Source: Microthyrium microscopicum
Lineage: Eukaryota
Length of the DNA: 64,000 nt
Assembly: GCA_010405405.1 (NCBI GenBank)
Contig: MU004231.1
Coordinates: 3,956,884 to 4,020,883 of the forward strand
Reading direction: 5' to 3'
Within the stretch, counting starts at the first letter, position 1; every line of letters begins with the position of its first letter. The position numbers and the translations under genes were made by a program. The notes beneath the pieces are model-generated. The model searched no databases. It had not been told where the DNA came from and was given only the letters and a program-made list of their open reading frames with translations. Positions 48,666 through 60,120 of this stretch are shown one piece after another.

Positions 48666-49370
48666 ATGGATAGTATATTTAAAACACTATTATTGAAACG
48701 ACTACACTTACTGATTATGTCCTTATGCTTCTTGGAAGCCTTTAGACAGTGGCAGAGCGGGAAGATTACAGTTGACGAGTACTTGGATCATATTGTACCC
48801 CATTGTCGAGGGCAATGGCTTGGTCCTGATCACGAACAAGACGAAGATGGGTTTGGGTCAAACTGGTTCGAATTAGAAAATGAGGACTTGTTCGGATTCT
48901 CCATATGGCGATGGACCAAACACATGGAGTCTACTCAGGGTAAGTCTGTGACGATCTAGTATGTGACTGGTCAAATTAACATCAACCCAGACATAGTACC
49001 TTTCAAAAAGGCTTTCAAGGCATATTTTGACCGCGATATGAAAGAGCTTCACGACCAGATCAGCCTACTCAGGCCCGCCGACGCTAAAAGCGTCCGGAGT
49101 TCGTTGGCTATTATTGCTCTTAGGGATGAGCGTGCAGATGTTGTCAAGTATTGTCTGGATGAAGGCTTCAATTGGAATAGCTGGTTTCTTGATGCTGCCA
49201 ACAGTTATGAGAAAATCAACAAAAAGACGGATATCACGAAGATTTTGCACGAGTCGCAATTCCGCGTAGACTGGCCATGGCCTATTCCCAAGCCGAAAAG
49301 ATCCGCCAAAAAGGGGGAGATAGATTTTGCGGCATTCGACTACGGTGGCAGATACGCTGTCAACTGGTGA
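48666..49370 (+). CDS. Hypothetical protein, at least two exons
   Basis: ORFs 48666-48959 and 48963-49370 join via a GTAAGT...CCCAG intron at ~48940-48990. The start is uncertain and a further 5' intron is possible. Confidence 0.6.
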
Positions 49371-49641
49371 TACATTGAATGACTGCCAATGTCTATACCC
49401 TCAATTCATGGCAGTGGGAGTGTGCAGTGACGGGCTGAGGTTCTGAAAGGTCGAGTAGGGGTCGGACTACGTAGGTCACGTTCGTTTCGCGATATATTTG
49501 TCAGAGAGCCAGAATGATATTGATACATGATTTTCCAAACCCAGAGACACAATGTGCAGTTCGGATAAGGGTGAGTCCATGTTATTGGGCTGTGATAGAA
49601 GGCACGGAAGGGTACTCTAAAGTACTAAACAAAGGAGCCTA

Positions 49642-49863
49642 CCGTAGCTAATCCTGCATCTGCAACATTAGCTAGCCTGTTTGGGTTAGCCTTGATGCCC
49701 AAATTTAGTGATTCCGATCACTGATTTTAGGCGACCCTACCTAACACGATCTGAGTTCCGGAGTGGAGGGTCCCCTAAAGTTAGTGAGGAGAATCACTAA
49801 ATTTGGGAATCGAGGCTAGCCCAAACAGGCTAGCTAATGTTGCAGATGCAGGATTAGCTACCG
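49642..49863. mobile_element. MITE (Tc1/mariner-pogo type), 222-bp fold-back element
   Basis: TA on both sides (49640-41 and 49864-65). Arms C(C/G)GTAGCTAATCCTGCATCTGCAACATTAGCTAGCCTGTTTGGG... pair near-perfectly over ~70 bp and imperfectly to ~100 bp; no coding capacity. Confidence 0.88.
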
Positions 49864-50161
49864 TAGAATATTTTTGAATTCTGAAACATATGAGCCTGTG
49901 GCTGAGGGGATTTTGAAACCTTTCAGCCTCAAACCCAGCGTTTAGCGAACCAATTGAATATGGACAATTGGATCTAGGTATTGCTGCGCCTCACCTCCCG
50001 CCAACAGGAGTGACTGGCTCGCTGGCCCCCATTTAACTAATCGTCAGTCGGTGAGATCATACATTGAAGCACATGCCTATATAGGTATATAGGATACAAA
50101 TCTCCAATTGTTAAATTCAAGATTGACAGACCAATAACGAAAAGCCTACCAAACTCTCAAA

Positions 50162-51114
50162 ATGGCACAACAGAATTTCCCACCTCTTCCGTTCAAATAC
50201 CTCAAAGGCCAATTGTTACAAGCCGGACTGTTTGGCCCTCAGTATCTGGGTATGGATACAAAAACTGGAGAGTTTATTATGTGCGAGGAAGCCGATAAAC
50301 AAGCTACTGGCAGCAGCAAACTCGATATTGCAAAACTCAAGGAATTGATGGATCGGAAGCTGAAGCACCCCAACCTTTTCGAATACGTCGGAGTTGAAGA
50401 AACCAATGACACCATTAAAATTTTCGGCAGCTATCTGCCTGGCGGAACAATGAGAAACCTTGTACAGAACAATGGCAAACTCTCTGAAAAGCTTGTGGTG
50501 GCCTTTATCAAGCCTGTTCTTCTGGGCATGAAAGTCCTCAGCGACCACGGCGTGTCATATACTGTTGACTTGAACAATATATGGATCGATGCTTCAGGCG
50601 CCATCAGACTCGACTACCTCAACGCCGCAAAAGCAGAATCAGCCGAGAAAACTTCGGAGCCACTCGATGAGAAGCCACTATACAAGGTCGCCGCCGGCAT
50701 GGCCCACGGATTGAGCTTCCTTGAAAAGGAGAACGACAAAGCAGGCGAGGGGACTTCTCTGTCGAACGAAGATGCACCTGCAGGCAATTCGTACCTCAGC
50801 ACAGATGCGTTGAACTTTTTGCATCTTGTGAGATTCTCGTAAGTCGCAACCTCCTCGATCATGTATAAGCCAAGCGCTGACTTGCTAGTGAATCAAACAA
50901 CAAGCTGAACTTGGATGAGTTGCTAGAACACCCATTTCTGAGTTCTATCGACGAAGACTGGCAGCTGGTTGAGTCTGAAGAGTATCAAGAGCTGCGCGGT
51001 GCTCAGGCATCTGTCGCAGAGTCTGACCCGCTTGATCAGCCGAGTCAATCGAAGGTCGAGAGGAATGTGCCAAACTTGCAACAGCCAGTATCTCGTTTAG
51101 CACGGGATTGGTGA
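50162..51114 (+). CDS. Kinase-like protein (STE11/BCK1 MAPKKK-derived), probable pseudokinase, 300 aa
   Basis: FKYLKGQLLQAGLFGPQYLGMDTKTGEF, LKHPNLFEYVG, YLPGGTMRNLVQNNGKL and LSTDALNFL...DELLEHPFL; intron 50839-50888. Catalytic motifs are degenerate. Confidence 0.78.
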
Positions 51115-51474
51115 TATGTTCATTCGTAGCCATGTGAGTTCGATTTGGTAGAATAGAGTAACCTGGATAATTCCAAATATGAAAGCAATGATCTACATTT
51201 CTGATGACCTGTTTTGATCACGGGACTCGGTCTGCGTCGTATTTTCGAGCTTGAGCATTTGAAACTATCATAGTTGAGGGGTTTGAGATCGAATGCTGGA
51301 ATGTCGGGTGAACAGGTGAGGCAAGCAATGAGAAAACCTTGAAATTCTGGAGTCAACCCCGCGTGCCAAAATTGGGAAGTGGGTCGTTCGAACTCCGGTA
51401 CCATACTGTTGCTGTCCAAACTCATTCCATCTCACAGTCCGTAGTCCTTTTCGGTGCTGGAATTATATTCTGAC

Positions 51475-52293
51475 ATGGAAGACTCATTGAATGACGAGTT
51501 GACGTCAATTAATTCCATATATGGAGATGGAACACTTGTTCAAACAACGCCGAATAGCCGCACCTGCACCCTTAAACTTCCATCATATTCTGCTGCCACA
51601 CTGCGTATAGAGTTTGCAGAGAATTACCCGGAAGTCCCACCATCAATCCTAGGGACTGAAAGCGTGGCAAACGACGCACCAAAAGGCACAGGAACACGCC
51701 TCGTGGAGCTAACGCGCGAGGTACTTGGCCGAGTGTACCAACCCGGTGAAGCCTGTCTCTACGATCTTATTGAAGAGATTGGACCTTTACTAGCAGAGAC
51801 TGAGCAGATTGATGCTTCTGAGCGGCAAAAGGAGGCAGACATCGTGGAACAGCCATCCATAAATCAACCTGTCGACATAGGCCCAGAGCCACCATGGATC
51901 GTAGCGCCGCCAATTACCGAGAAGAAATCGGTGTTTCTTGGTCGTGTAGCGATGGTGCATTCGCCGGCTCAAGCAAAGCAATACCTACAGCATCTTCTTG
52001 CGACGGATAAGAAGGCATCAAAGGCCACTCATAACATCGTCGCCTGGCGGATACACGGGGACGCGGGCGCGAGTTTCCAGGATTGCGATGATGATGGCGA
52101 GACGGCCGCAGGCGGGCGGATCCTTCATTTGATGCAGCTAATGGACGTTTGGGACGTAATGGTAGTGGTTACGCGGTGGTATGGCGGCATTTTGCTAGGA
52201 CCGGACAGATTCAGAGTCATCAATAACGCAGCGCGTGATGCACTTCAGCTTGGTGGATGTGCGAAAGATGGTGGGAAGAAGGGTAGACGATGA
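51475..52293 (+). CDS. YIH1: IMPACT/Yih1 (RWD + UPF0029), Gcn2 regulator
   Basis: DELTSINSIYG RWD start, TEKKSVF, KATHNIVAWR, DCDDDGETAAGGRILHL and TRWYGGILLGPDRF. Confidence 0.94.
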   Translation: MEDSLNDELTSINSIYGDGTLVQTTPNSRTCTLKLPSYSAATLRIEFAENYPEVPPSILGTESVANDAPKGTGTRLVELTREVLGRVYQPGEACLYDLIEEIGPLLAETEQIDASERQKEADIVEQPSINQPVDIGPEPPWIVAPPITEKKSVFLGRVAMVHSPAQAKQYLQHLLATDKKASKATHNIVAWRIHGDAGASFQDCDDDGETAAGGRILHLMQLMDVWDVMVVVTRWYGGILLGPDRFRVINNAARDALQLGGCAKDGGKKGRR

Positions 52294-52319
52294 GGGTTTC
52301 ATTGACGGAATATGTCCGA

Positions 52320-53402
52320 TCAGTCGACTAGAAACGGCAGTTTCCAGTCGTTCGAAGTCCCTGAATGCCTCCCAACATTCAACTTGTGCCATTCGAGCAA
52401 TTCGTTTAGTTGTGGAATAGAGTCCTGAGCGCCGGGTCTTTGTACCGCCCAAGCAGCGGCGTCCTGGCCAAATTGAATGGCTGTTTCAAGAAATTGCCAT
52501 TCATTGGTATAGCTTTTCTTGTCGCCTCGAGCTAACCAAGAGGCGAATGCGCCAACAAATGTGTCTCCGGCTGCAGTAGTATCCACAACCTTTTCAACTT
52601 CTGTGGCTGCAAGTATGGCTGTATGGATCTCTCCGTCTTCTTTTTTTGCATAATAGACTCCTCGGCCACCCAGAGTTATGATAACTCCGGAATTAACGTA
52701 CTCCAAAAGAGTCGTTGCTTGATCTGTCAGCGAAGGGTTTGCTGGTGACGAATCTTTCTCCCCAAGCTCTCTCGCATAGAATTGGCCCTCCGTCTCATTC
52801 ACCACGAGGTAGTCAACAAACTTGAAGGTCTCCTTTGGTAGGGGTATGGTTGGAGAAGGATTGAGGATAGTTTTTGTCCTATTTTGACCAGTCTTCAACC
52901 TTGATGCTCGTTTCAAATGACCCAGGACCGTTTCTACAGGACATTCTAGCTGACAGAGCAGAACTTTTCCATAGTCAAACTCGTCTGCAAGCTGGTCTGC
53001 AGTTACAACTTCCTGATTGGCGCCCGACACAACCATTATCCTATTCTCTCCGGTCTCTTTTTCTACTGTGATAGTAGCTGTGCCGGTTCCCGCTGACGAT
53101 ACTTCTTTCACAAATTCGACATCCACTCCAGATTTTTGGAGACCTTCTTTGAGACGCACCCCGAAATCGTCGCAGCCAACAGCTCCAATCATTTGCACAC
53201 CAGCTGTCCGTCTTTCATCAGGATGGAATTGAGTCAGACGAGCGGCTGCAACAGCTTGATTAGCACCTTTTCCACCGCAGCCAGTCGAAAACGATTCAGC
53301 TAGAACGGTTTCTCCAGGGCCTGGGACTTTGTTCGTTACGGTCACCATATCCATATTTAGAGAACCCAGAATGGTGATGGCTGGTCGCTTTGATTGCACC
53401 AT
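52320..53402 (-). CDS. RBK1: Ribokinase (PfkB family)
   Basis: GSLNMD, GGKGANQAVAAARL, LNPSP, VNETE, ITLGGRG and VVDTTAAGDTFVG; likely start is ATG 53402. Confidence 0.94.
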   Translation of the reverse strand: MVQSKRPAITILGSLNMDMVTVTNKVPGPGETVLAESFSTGCGGKGANQAVAAARLTQFHPDERRTAGVQMIGAVGCDDFGVRLKEGLQKSGVDVEFVKEVSSAGTGTATITVEKETGENRIMVVSGANQEVVTADQLADEFDYGKVLLCQLECPVETVLGHLKRASRLKTGQNRTKTILNPSPTIPLPKETFKFVDYLVVNETEGQFYARELGEKDSSPANPSLTDQATTLLEYVNSGVIITLGGRGVYYAKKEDGEIHTAILAATEVEKVVDTTAAGDTFVGAFASWLARGDKKSYTNEWQFLETAIQFGQDAAAWAVQRPGAQDSIPQLNELLEWHKLNVGRHSGTSNDWKLPFLVD

Positions 53403-53696
53403 CTTGGATGAGAAGGATTTGATACGGAAGCAATCAGGAGCTATGAACACCAATATGCAGTCGGGTTGTCCAGTACTACTCCTGTAGGGGAATGAAGTTG
53501 TTAGGAGGACGTGAAGGGTTGAAGCTAAAAGTCGCGAAAGTTGAAGAGGCTGAAAAAGCTCGGGCCCTGACTTGCAAGGATGGTTGTCCTAATAATTAGA
53601 GCCACCTTTTACATCTCCAAAGCTCAATACCACCATTCGCATCGCCAACCTTAGCCAACTCATGTTCTCTCACATTGCAAAGGTCCAACTATCACT

Positions 53697-54529
53697 ATGC
53701 ATTCGGCTCTAGTAAGAGTCCAGAATACCTTTGGTTTCTTCACCACCGTCGCATCCTTTGTCGCTTTCTTCATCGCCCTCTCCGCCATCGTAACTCCTCA
53801 AACACCCAAAGCCGATCTCACATTACGAAATGTCCAAGTGTACATATTTCCTTCGCGCAAACACTTTATCCATACTAATCAGTCTACAGCGCTCGCGGTC
53901 GCCCGCACTACTACAGCAGCAAACATGAAGAATACGCCCACATCCGCTTCAACCTTGACATGGGTAATCACCACCACTCCCTCCACCTTCTTTCCAACTA
54001 ACCAACCATTCCAGATCTCCGCTCCCTCTTCACCTGGAACACCAAGCAGGTCTTCGCCTATGTGACGGCCACCTATCCCTCCACCTCCCCTAACGAACCC
54101 CCCTCCCGCGCAATAATCTGGGACGCCATTCTCCCTGGCAAACTCGAGCCCTGGCACCAAAATCAATACATCCACCCAGGCCCGCCTCCAATTCCCAAGG
54201 GTCGTCGACGAGCGCCTCCCGCGGGACGGATCTATGCGCTCAAGGAAACACCGGGAAAGCTGAGACTAAAGGGTCAGAAGCCAAAGTACGTGATCACGGA
54301 CCATACGGGCAAGATCAGCAGCCGCAGCAACGTTACGTTAGAATTGGGTTTCAATGTACAGCCGTGGGTGGGTGCGCTGTTGTGGAGTAGGCCGTTTGAT
54401 CTGGGGATGTGGAAGACTACGGAGGGTGGGAAGAGTGAAGCGTTTGACTTTCCAGCCATCAAGGGGGAGAAACCGCCTGGGTTGGATACAGTTCGTGGTG
54501 GAGAAGGAAACCGAGGGAAACCTGCGTAG
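53697..54529 (+). CDS. SPC3: Signal peptidase complex subunit SPC3/SPC22
   Basis: [56 protein letters not shown] and [10 protein letters not shown]; introns at ~53840-53889 and ~53963-54014. Confidence 0.92.
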
Positions 54530-54855
54530 AGGAGTCGGATGAGGATGTATGTTATAGGAGTTTAGCCTGTGTTTGGGCATGTCTGTATTGCATAGGTCAT
54601 GGTACGTTTTTTATCACGGTTCAATTGCGTGTCACTACTACGAGAAAGAGCACGGTGATGACTATGTTTTGTTTGATTATGTTGGTATGGTAAAATACAA
54701 AAAGCTCATGTAAGTGAGCCCCTTCAAAGTCAGAAACGCCAGACGCCCAGCTCATCGACTCCGTGGAGGATGGCTAACACCAGCTTTTAATTCATGCTAT
54801 CCCGCGAGAATGAATGTGTGTTCCAAGACTCGTCAATGTCGATGGAGGAGCTGGC

Positions 54856-55047
54856 CTATCGCATTGTCATCCAGGCGAAGGTGGCTTCGATGTTTAGTTG
54901 GCGATCTCGTCGCAGTTGTTGGTCGAGGATGGCCTTGGCTTGTTGGTTCTTCTGCTTGGTTCGCAGAAGGCTCTTGATGGAGGAGAAGGAGCTCATGCTG
55001 CGCACAGAGGCGGCGTCGCTGGTCTTTTTGGAGAAGCGTCTGAACAT
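54856..55047 (-). CDS. Small (63 aa) basic hypothetical protein
   Basis: ATG in good context, TATA-like site ~190 bp upstream, and a DAASVRSMSSFSSIKSLL...EATFAWMTMR pattern resembling a recurrent family of tiny ascomycete proteins. Confidence 0.6.
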   Translation of the reverse strand: MFRRFSKKTSDAASVRSMSSFSSIKSLLRTKQKNQQAKAILDQQLRRDRQLNIEATFAWMTMR

Positions 55048-56789
55048 TCTGGTTGATTTGGATAGTTGACTACGGTATGGTTATTTACTGCAAAGTTATA
55101 TGCTGGGGTGTACAATGTCATACTGTTCTTGTTTGCGTGGAGTAGTTGAATCTGGAATGATCTGGATTAGATCAAGTTCGCAATACGAGAGTAATGTGAG
55201 AGATGAGGAGGAGTATGTTGTGGAGCAGGATGGTTTATATGCTAGGGAGCTGAGACTAAGTGAAGTTATGTTGAGCAATTGAGGGCGTCCGAAGGAATAC
55301 TGTGATAGTGAATTTGATATCAGAAACTACGACCATAGGCTCCCATCCCCCGCAGCCTTATATAGTGTGTAACGCGGGAAGAATGGCAATGGTGACAGGT
55401 TACTACTGCCTTGTATGACCCAATCCCCTCTTACTGCCGCGCTTGGTAAACCCAACCCATTGAGCTTTTTCATTCTGCGAGGCTGTTCAGAACCAAGCTT
55501 GGGAAGGCTGTAGCGAGTTTGTAGTTCGTGTTATGCAGCTTCGGTGACTCAAAGCGACTTGCATCGATACTACTGGTGAGAAATCCCCTTCTTGGCGTGG
55601 GTTCGTTCAACATTCAAGCCGGGGTTGTGGAACAAGGCAGATCATGCACGCTGTTCACCACATGCGCATGCTATTAACTCAGTTGTACCTGTAGGGCGCG
55701 ACGAAAACTAGCATAGCTAGCTCTGAAGTTCGCTTGCAAATGGTATTATCAAGCATGCAGAAAAAGAGAAGTTGCCTTGCTAGAGAATCCTTTTCGCTCA
55801 ATGGTGTTTGCGGTGTCTAATGTGGAAAGCTTTGCGTGTGGGTACTGGATGACTGCGGTGTCCAACTCTACCCGTGCTACGCGGCTGTGTACTCTTTTGC
55901 GCCGTTGATATATCCATTGACTTTTAACGTGTCTCGATGAGCCTAGTCCATTGACGCATGGCACGCAAACACAGTCTTCTTTGAGCAGTAATACACTCAT
56001 TGGCAAGTATTACCCCATTCGTGACTGGTGCCTATCAGCCACGCAAAATGATATGGGTGGAGATGGGCCTTTCGACCTAGACATTAGTCAGTATAAGCAC
56101 GTCTAGACTCGCTTCTTAGTTAGCAATAAGGCAGCAACAGGAATTTAGCAAGGAATAGAGTCAAGAATAGCTTAGCTTTGCTGCAAGTTGGCGACAAGTT
56201 CGTGACAATTGACGTCCCTTTTGACTGTCGGCAGGGTGGTCTAAATAAGGCTTAGCGGCATGAAGGTTGCTATCAAGGCTATCTTGGGACAACTTGTCAA
56301 CCCGTCGATTGAATCAACTTCGCTTCTCCTACTCAAGCCTAAACTTCCAATGTACTGAAATACGCTCGCGCGATAACGTTTGATCTCTGAAGGTGCTATG
56401 TCACACGAAGAAGTCTTCAAGTGCTGAATGTAACGTCCTTGGTAACTCAAGCTAGAATATACCATCGCCTTACTTCACCACCGAATGAGCGCTCAGGTGA
56501 ATGGTCTCCATTCCGAGAGAGTCCTACTCGATATGAACTAGTGTCTTGTCTCGCGACTTGTTCACACACATATATTGTTGACCAATATCCAGAGAGGGAA
56601 GAGCTAGGCGTTCACGTCGACAGACATGAGGTTGTTGTACTAAAATTTATTTGAAAATATATTCACTATATACAGCGATGTTGTGTAACTTAATATGGTG
56701 CTCTTACCCATATCTTTTCTTTTCATACACACCTTCCTTCTCAGGCTTGCTACGATGACTCTCCCACTTCCTACACGGCAGGAAAGCAT

Positions 56790-57305
56790 TTAGTTAAAAG
56801 CAGCCACACCCTTGGCAATAGAAGCCGAGATCTTGCCCGCCTGGCTCTCACCGATACTCTTCGCAGCAGCTGGCAACTTGGAAACAATGGCCTTGGCCAA
56901 CGCGTCCGCTGCTGTCTTTTGGTTGTTGAGCTGTGTCTTGACAGTAGCCACCTCGTTGACCTTGGCAATAATGGCCTTCTTTTCAATCAAGTCGGTGATC
57001 GTCTTATCTGTCTTGCTGGTCAAGGTGTTGGCAGCGGTTGAAATGCTTATCGCGTCCGTTAGGGGTACTTCGGCGGCACTGCCAATCTTTCCGGTGGCTG
57101 CTGTGATGGCTTTGGCGACGGCTTCGGACTTGCTTACGAGATCTTTGGCGGCTGTTGCTGCGTTTGCGTCTGTGAGGCCGGTGATGGCAGTGTCGAGGGT
57201 GTCGAGGGCAGCTCCGATGGAGGTCATCTCGCCGGTGATAATGGCGGCGCCTTGGGCGTAGGTGCCCGCAGCGAGAGTGAAGACGAGGAGGTTCTTGAGT
57301 TGCAT
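56790..57305 (-). CDS. Hydrophobic surface binding protein A (HsbA)/Mp1-like secreted helical protein
   Basis: Signal peptide, Ala/Thr-rich amphipathic helices, LIEKKAII, LAKAIVSKLP and a C-terminal KGVAAFN. Confidence 0.88.
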   Translation of the reverse strand: MQLKNLLVFTLAAGTYAQGAAIITGEMTSIGAALDTLDTAITGLTDANAATAAKDLVSKSEAVAKAITAATGKIGSAAEVPLTDAISISTAANTLTSKTDKTITDLIEKKAIIAKVNEVATVKTQLNNQKTAADALAKAIVSKLPAAAKSIGESQAGKISASIAKGVAAFN

Positions 57306-60120
57306 GTTGATGGATTGGAATATGAGATATTAAATGTAGATGTTAAGTTGGTGTTTGCTGTGCAGGATGGTTGAGGTGAAACTGACGATGGAGTGGTCAT
57401 GTTGACATGCTCGGCACTCTTGTACTTATACTAATACTCATAATGGTCAATAGTCTCTCACATGTCTGTTGCCCCAGGATATACCGAGCCTCGACAGAGG
57501 GGTTGGATGATGTGATGCAAACGATATGCTTCGCCAGTGAACTAATTTGGGCTTTTCAGACAGACCCCATGAGCCGACCTCCTATAGGGCTGCTGAGAGC
57601 TGCAATAGCACACGTAGATTTTGACGTCAATACTGCAGCTCCCAATGTATTGTTATTTTGCAGTAGCGCTTTTCACTTCCCCGGAGCTGTCAACTGACTA
57701 TCAAATGATGTAAATTTTCAAGAAATGTTCGTGGGGAAATCTGGGGAAAGGCAAAGATCGGGATTACTTGTCGACGATCCAGCAAGCAAGCTGGGACTTG
57801 CTGGTAAGCACTTGAACTGCTGCGGAATTGTAACGCGCGAAGACTAGAATAAACCCTATGGCAACTTCACTAGTCTATGGATGTTGACAAACTCCAATAT
57901 AACTGAAGCGATCAACAGGAGAACATCACGTTAGTCTCCACAACATAGGTCTGTAAGTGCGTCATGTGTAGATATAAGGTAGCTTTCGTACGAAATTCAC
58001 ATGTAATGAGCAATATTTGAGGCAATTGAGATTCACAACTCACAAGAAATCAAGAAATTAGTAGGTCATGCTCAATATTCTTGCTGGGTAAAGACTTGAT
58101 GCCGCGCAGAATCATTGCCAAAAAGTCAAAATGAAGCCCTGGCGTCTCAATAAAGACCAAGAATCAGGGTCAGCGCTAAATTCAAGTCTAACACTCAGAA
58201 CTGTTACAATCCGCGCGTATCCCACAATCGATTTGTATAGGGCTGCGCACAATTGGTAGGGTCGCCTGCATTGATATCGTGCAGTATTCGGAAACCTACA
58301 ACTAACTTCAACGGAAAGGTTTGTAGATACACAAGCAGGTCAATAGGCCCGAGGTTTTGTAATTCATAGCCAAAGGCCTGGTATTTCGCCAGGTCCCTTA
58401 AAAGTTAAAATTCGATATCTGGAACTCGATTCGTGTTTGCTGGATTATATAACGTCTAGCAAGGAATATTGGTTAACATCCTGTTTGATTGAGCTTAAGG
58501 CATGCCTTCTCATGCTTTAAAGGTCACATCGGATTACCCAAGTTCCTCTGCGGTGTCCATTCAGTTTACTCATACTGACGAAAAGGTCACAGAAGCCAAA
58601 AAGTGTCAGCAACCAGAACGAGACCTTGTAAAATATCGAGATGTTTCATAGAACTTTGAGTGTAATCATAGGCAGCAACCACCTAGCTACCTCGCGATGT
58701 TCTGACAGCACTGACATAGTCAAAGTGTCTATAGAGTATCTGTGCTGCTGTGCTGCTCCACGTGTGTGGATTGTCTGCCGTATTTAGACCACTGAGATAA
58801 CTCTGGTCTGGGCTTTGTTTATCAAATTCGAAAAGGACGAGGAAGTTTCCAATTTTCAGAGAAGTTCCAATGGCTCAATTGACTCGACCGAGATTTACCA
58901 GATGGCCGAGAGACTCACTCCGAATAATTCAGTGCCTCCCTCACGAAAGGCTTCCTTGCTGCTTGTCACCCTTCGCCATATATGAGCACCATATGAACTC
59001 CGAAGAAGATCAAGAAGCAATAGACGTTATCCTCTTGCACCGCCGTTTGATATCTGGATGCCGAAGACGAACGCTCAGGCACGGAAAATGCAGAGGGGTT
59101 CTCACATCGAAGCGGTTCAATATTGAGGGAACATAACTTATGGAGACTGTTGCGTGCGTTAGATATTTGTTCGTATCGAGTGTCCGAATCTCGAAAAGAA
59201 CAGAGCTAGCGAATATGCGGTGAGCACTTGGAGTGTCCAGCCCGGGGTGAAACGCATGTATCTTGATCATTGCATAGCCAGGCTTAGTTTGCGCGCTATC
59301 GTTTTGAAGGTCTGCAATCGTGACTTCGTCGCCGTTCGTCCCCATCAACAATACCTTTCAATCCATCACAGGCCCCGCCTCAACTATGAAATGGGTATAC
59401 CAAATACCCCAGCCAATCAGGTTCAGGCTCAGCCTTATAGAGTGCACGAGAATAAGTGTTTATTGGAATATGTCCGCTCCTGTTGCGAAGGAAATTTGAA
59501 GAGGCTTGACAATCAGTTTGATTGTTTGTTGATTTTGAGAAATTTGTATTGCCAATAGAGACTCCACGAAGGAAGACATTATATTCGAAGACACTTGACC
59601 AGTGCACTGCAGGAGCAGTTGTAGTGTACTCAGCCAGAGGTTCGTATATCGAGTTGTCAATGATACTAGGCTTGAATCTCTCAATGCCACGTCCAAGATT
59701 GCAATTGTTCTCACAGCTTTGATAGTGTTTGCGGCTCATTTAATTTATTTAATTGGCTTAATCTCAGAACCCATTTAGAGCTAACATAAGCGGGGCTTGC
59801 GACATAGTCTATGATTTCCTTTTAATGATAGGGATTTATGAGCTTCGAAAATATATGAAATGCAGGTCGGGAAATGGGCTAAGTAGCATCACTTTACAAG
59901 TAGTCCTTTGCCTGAGTAGAGACGGTGGAGGAACTGTGAATCACCAAATATGCCCAAATTTAAGCCCTGATCATCTTTTCAGAGTGTCTTACAACTGATT
60001 TAGTATAGTTCGGAACAGATTGTGGTTCTCGGGGGCTACTCTTTCTGTTAAGTACTTCCTCAGATACAGCAGTCATTGTGAAACTAGTACTCTCGGTCAC
60101 TACGGAGTCTATCGTCAATC

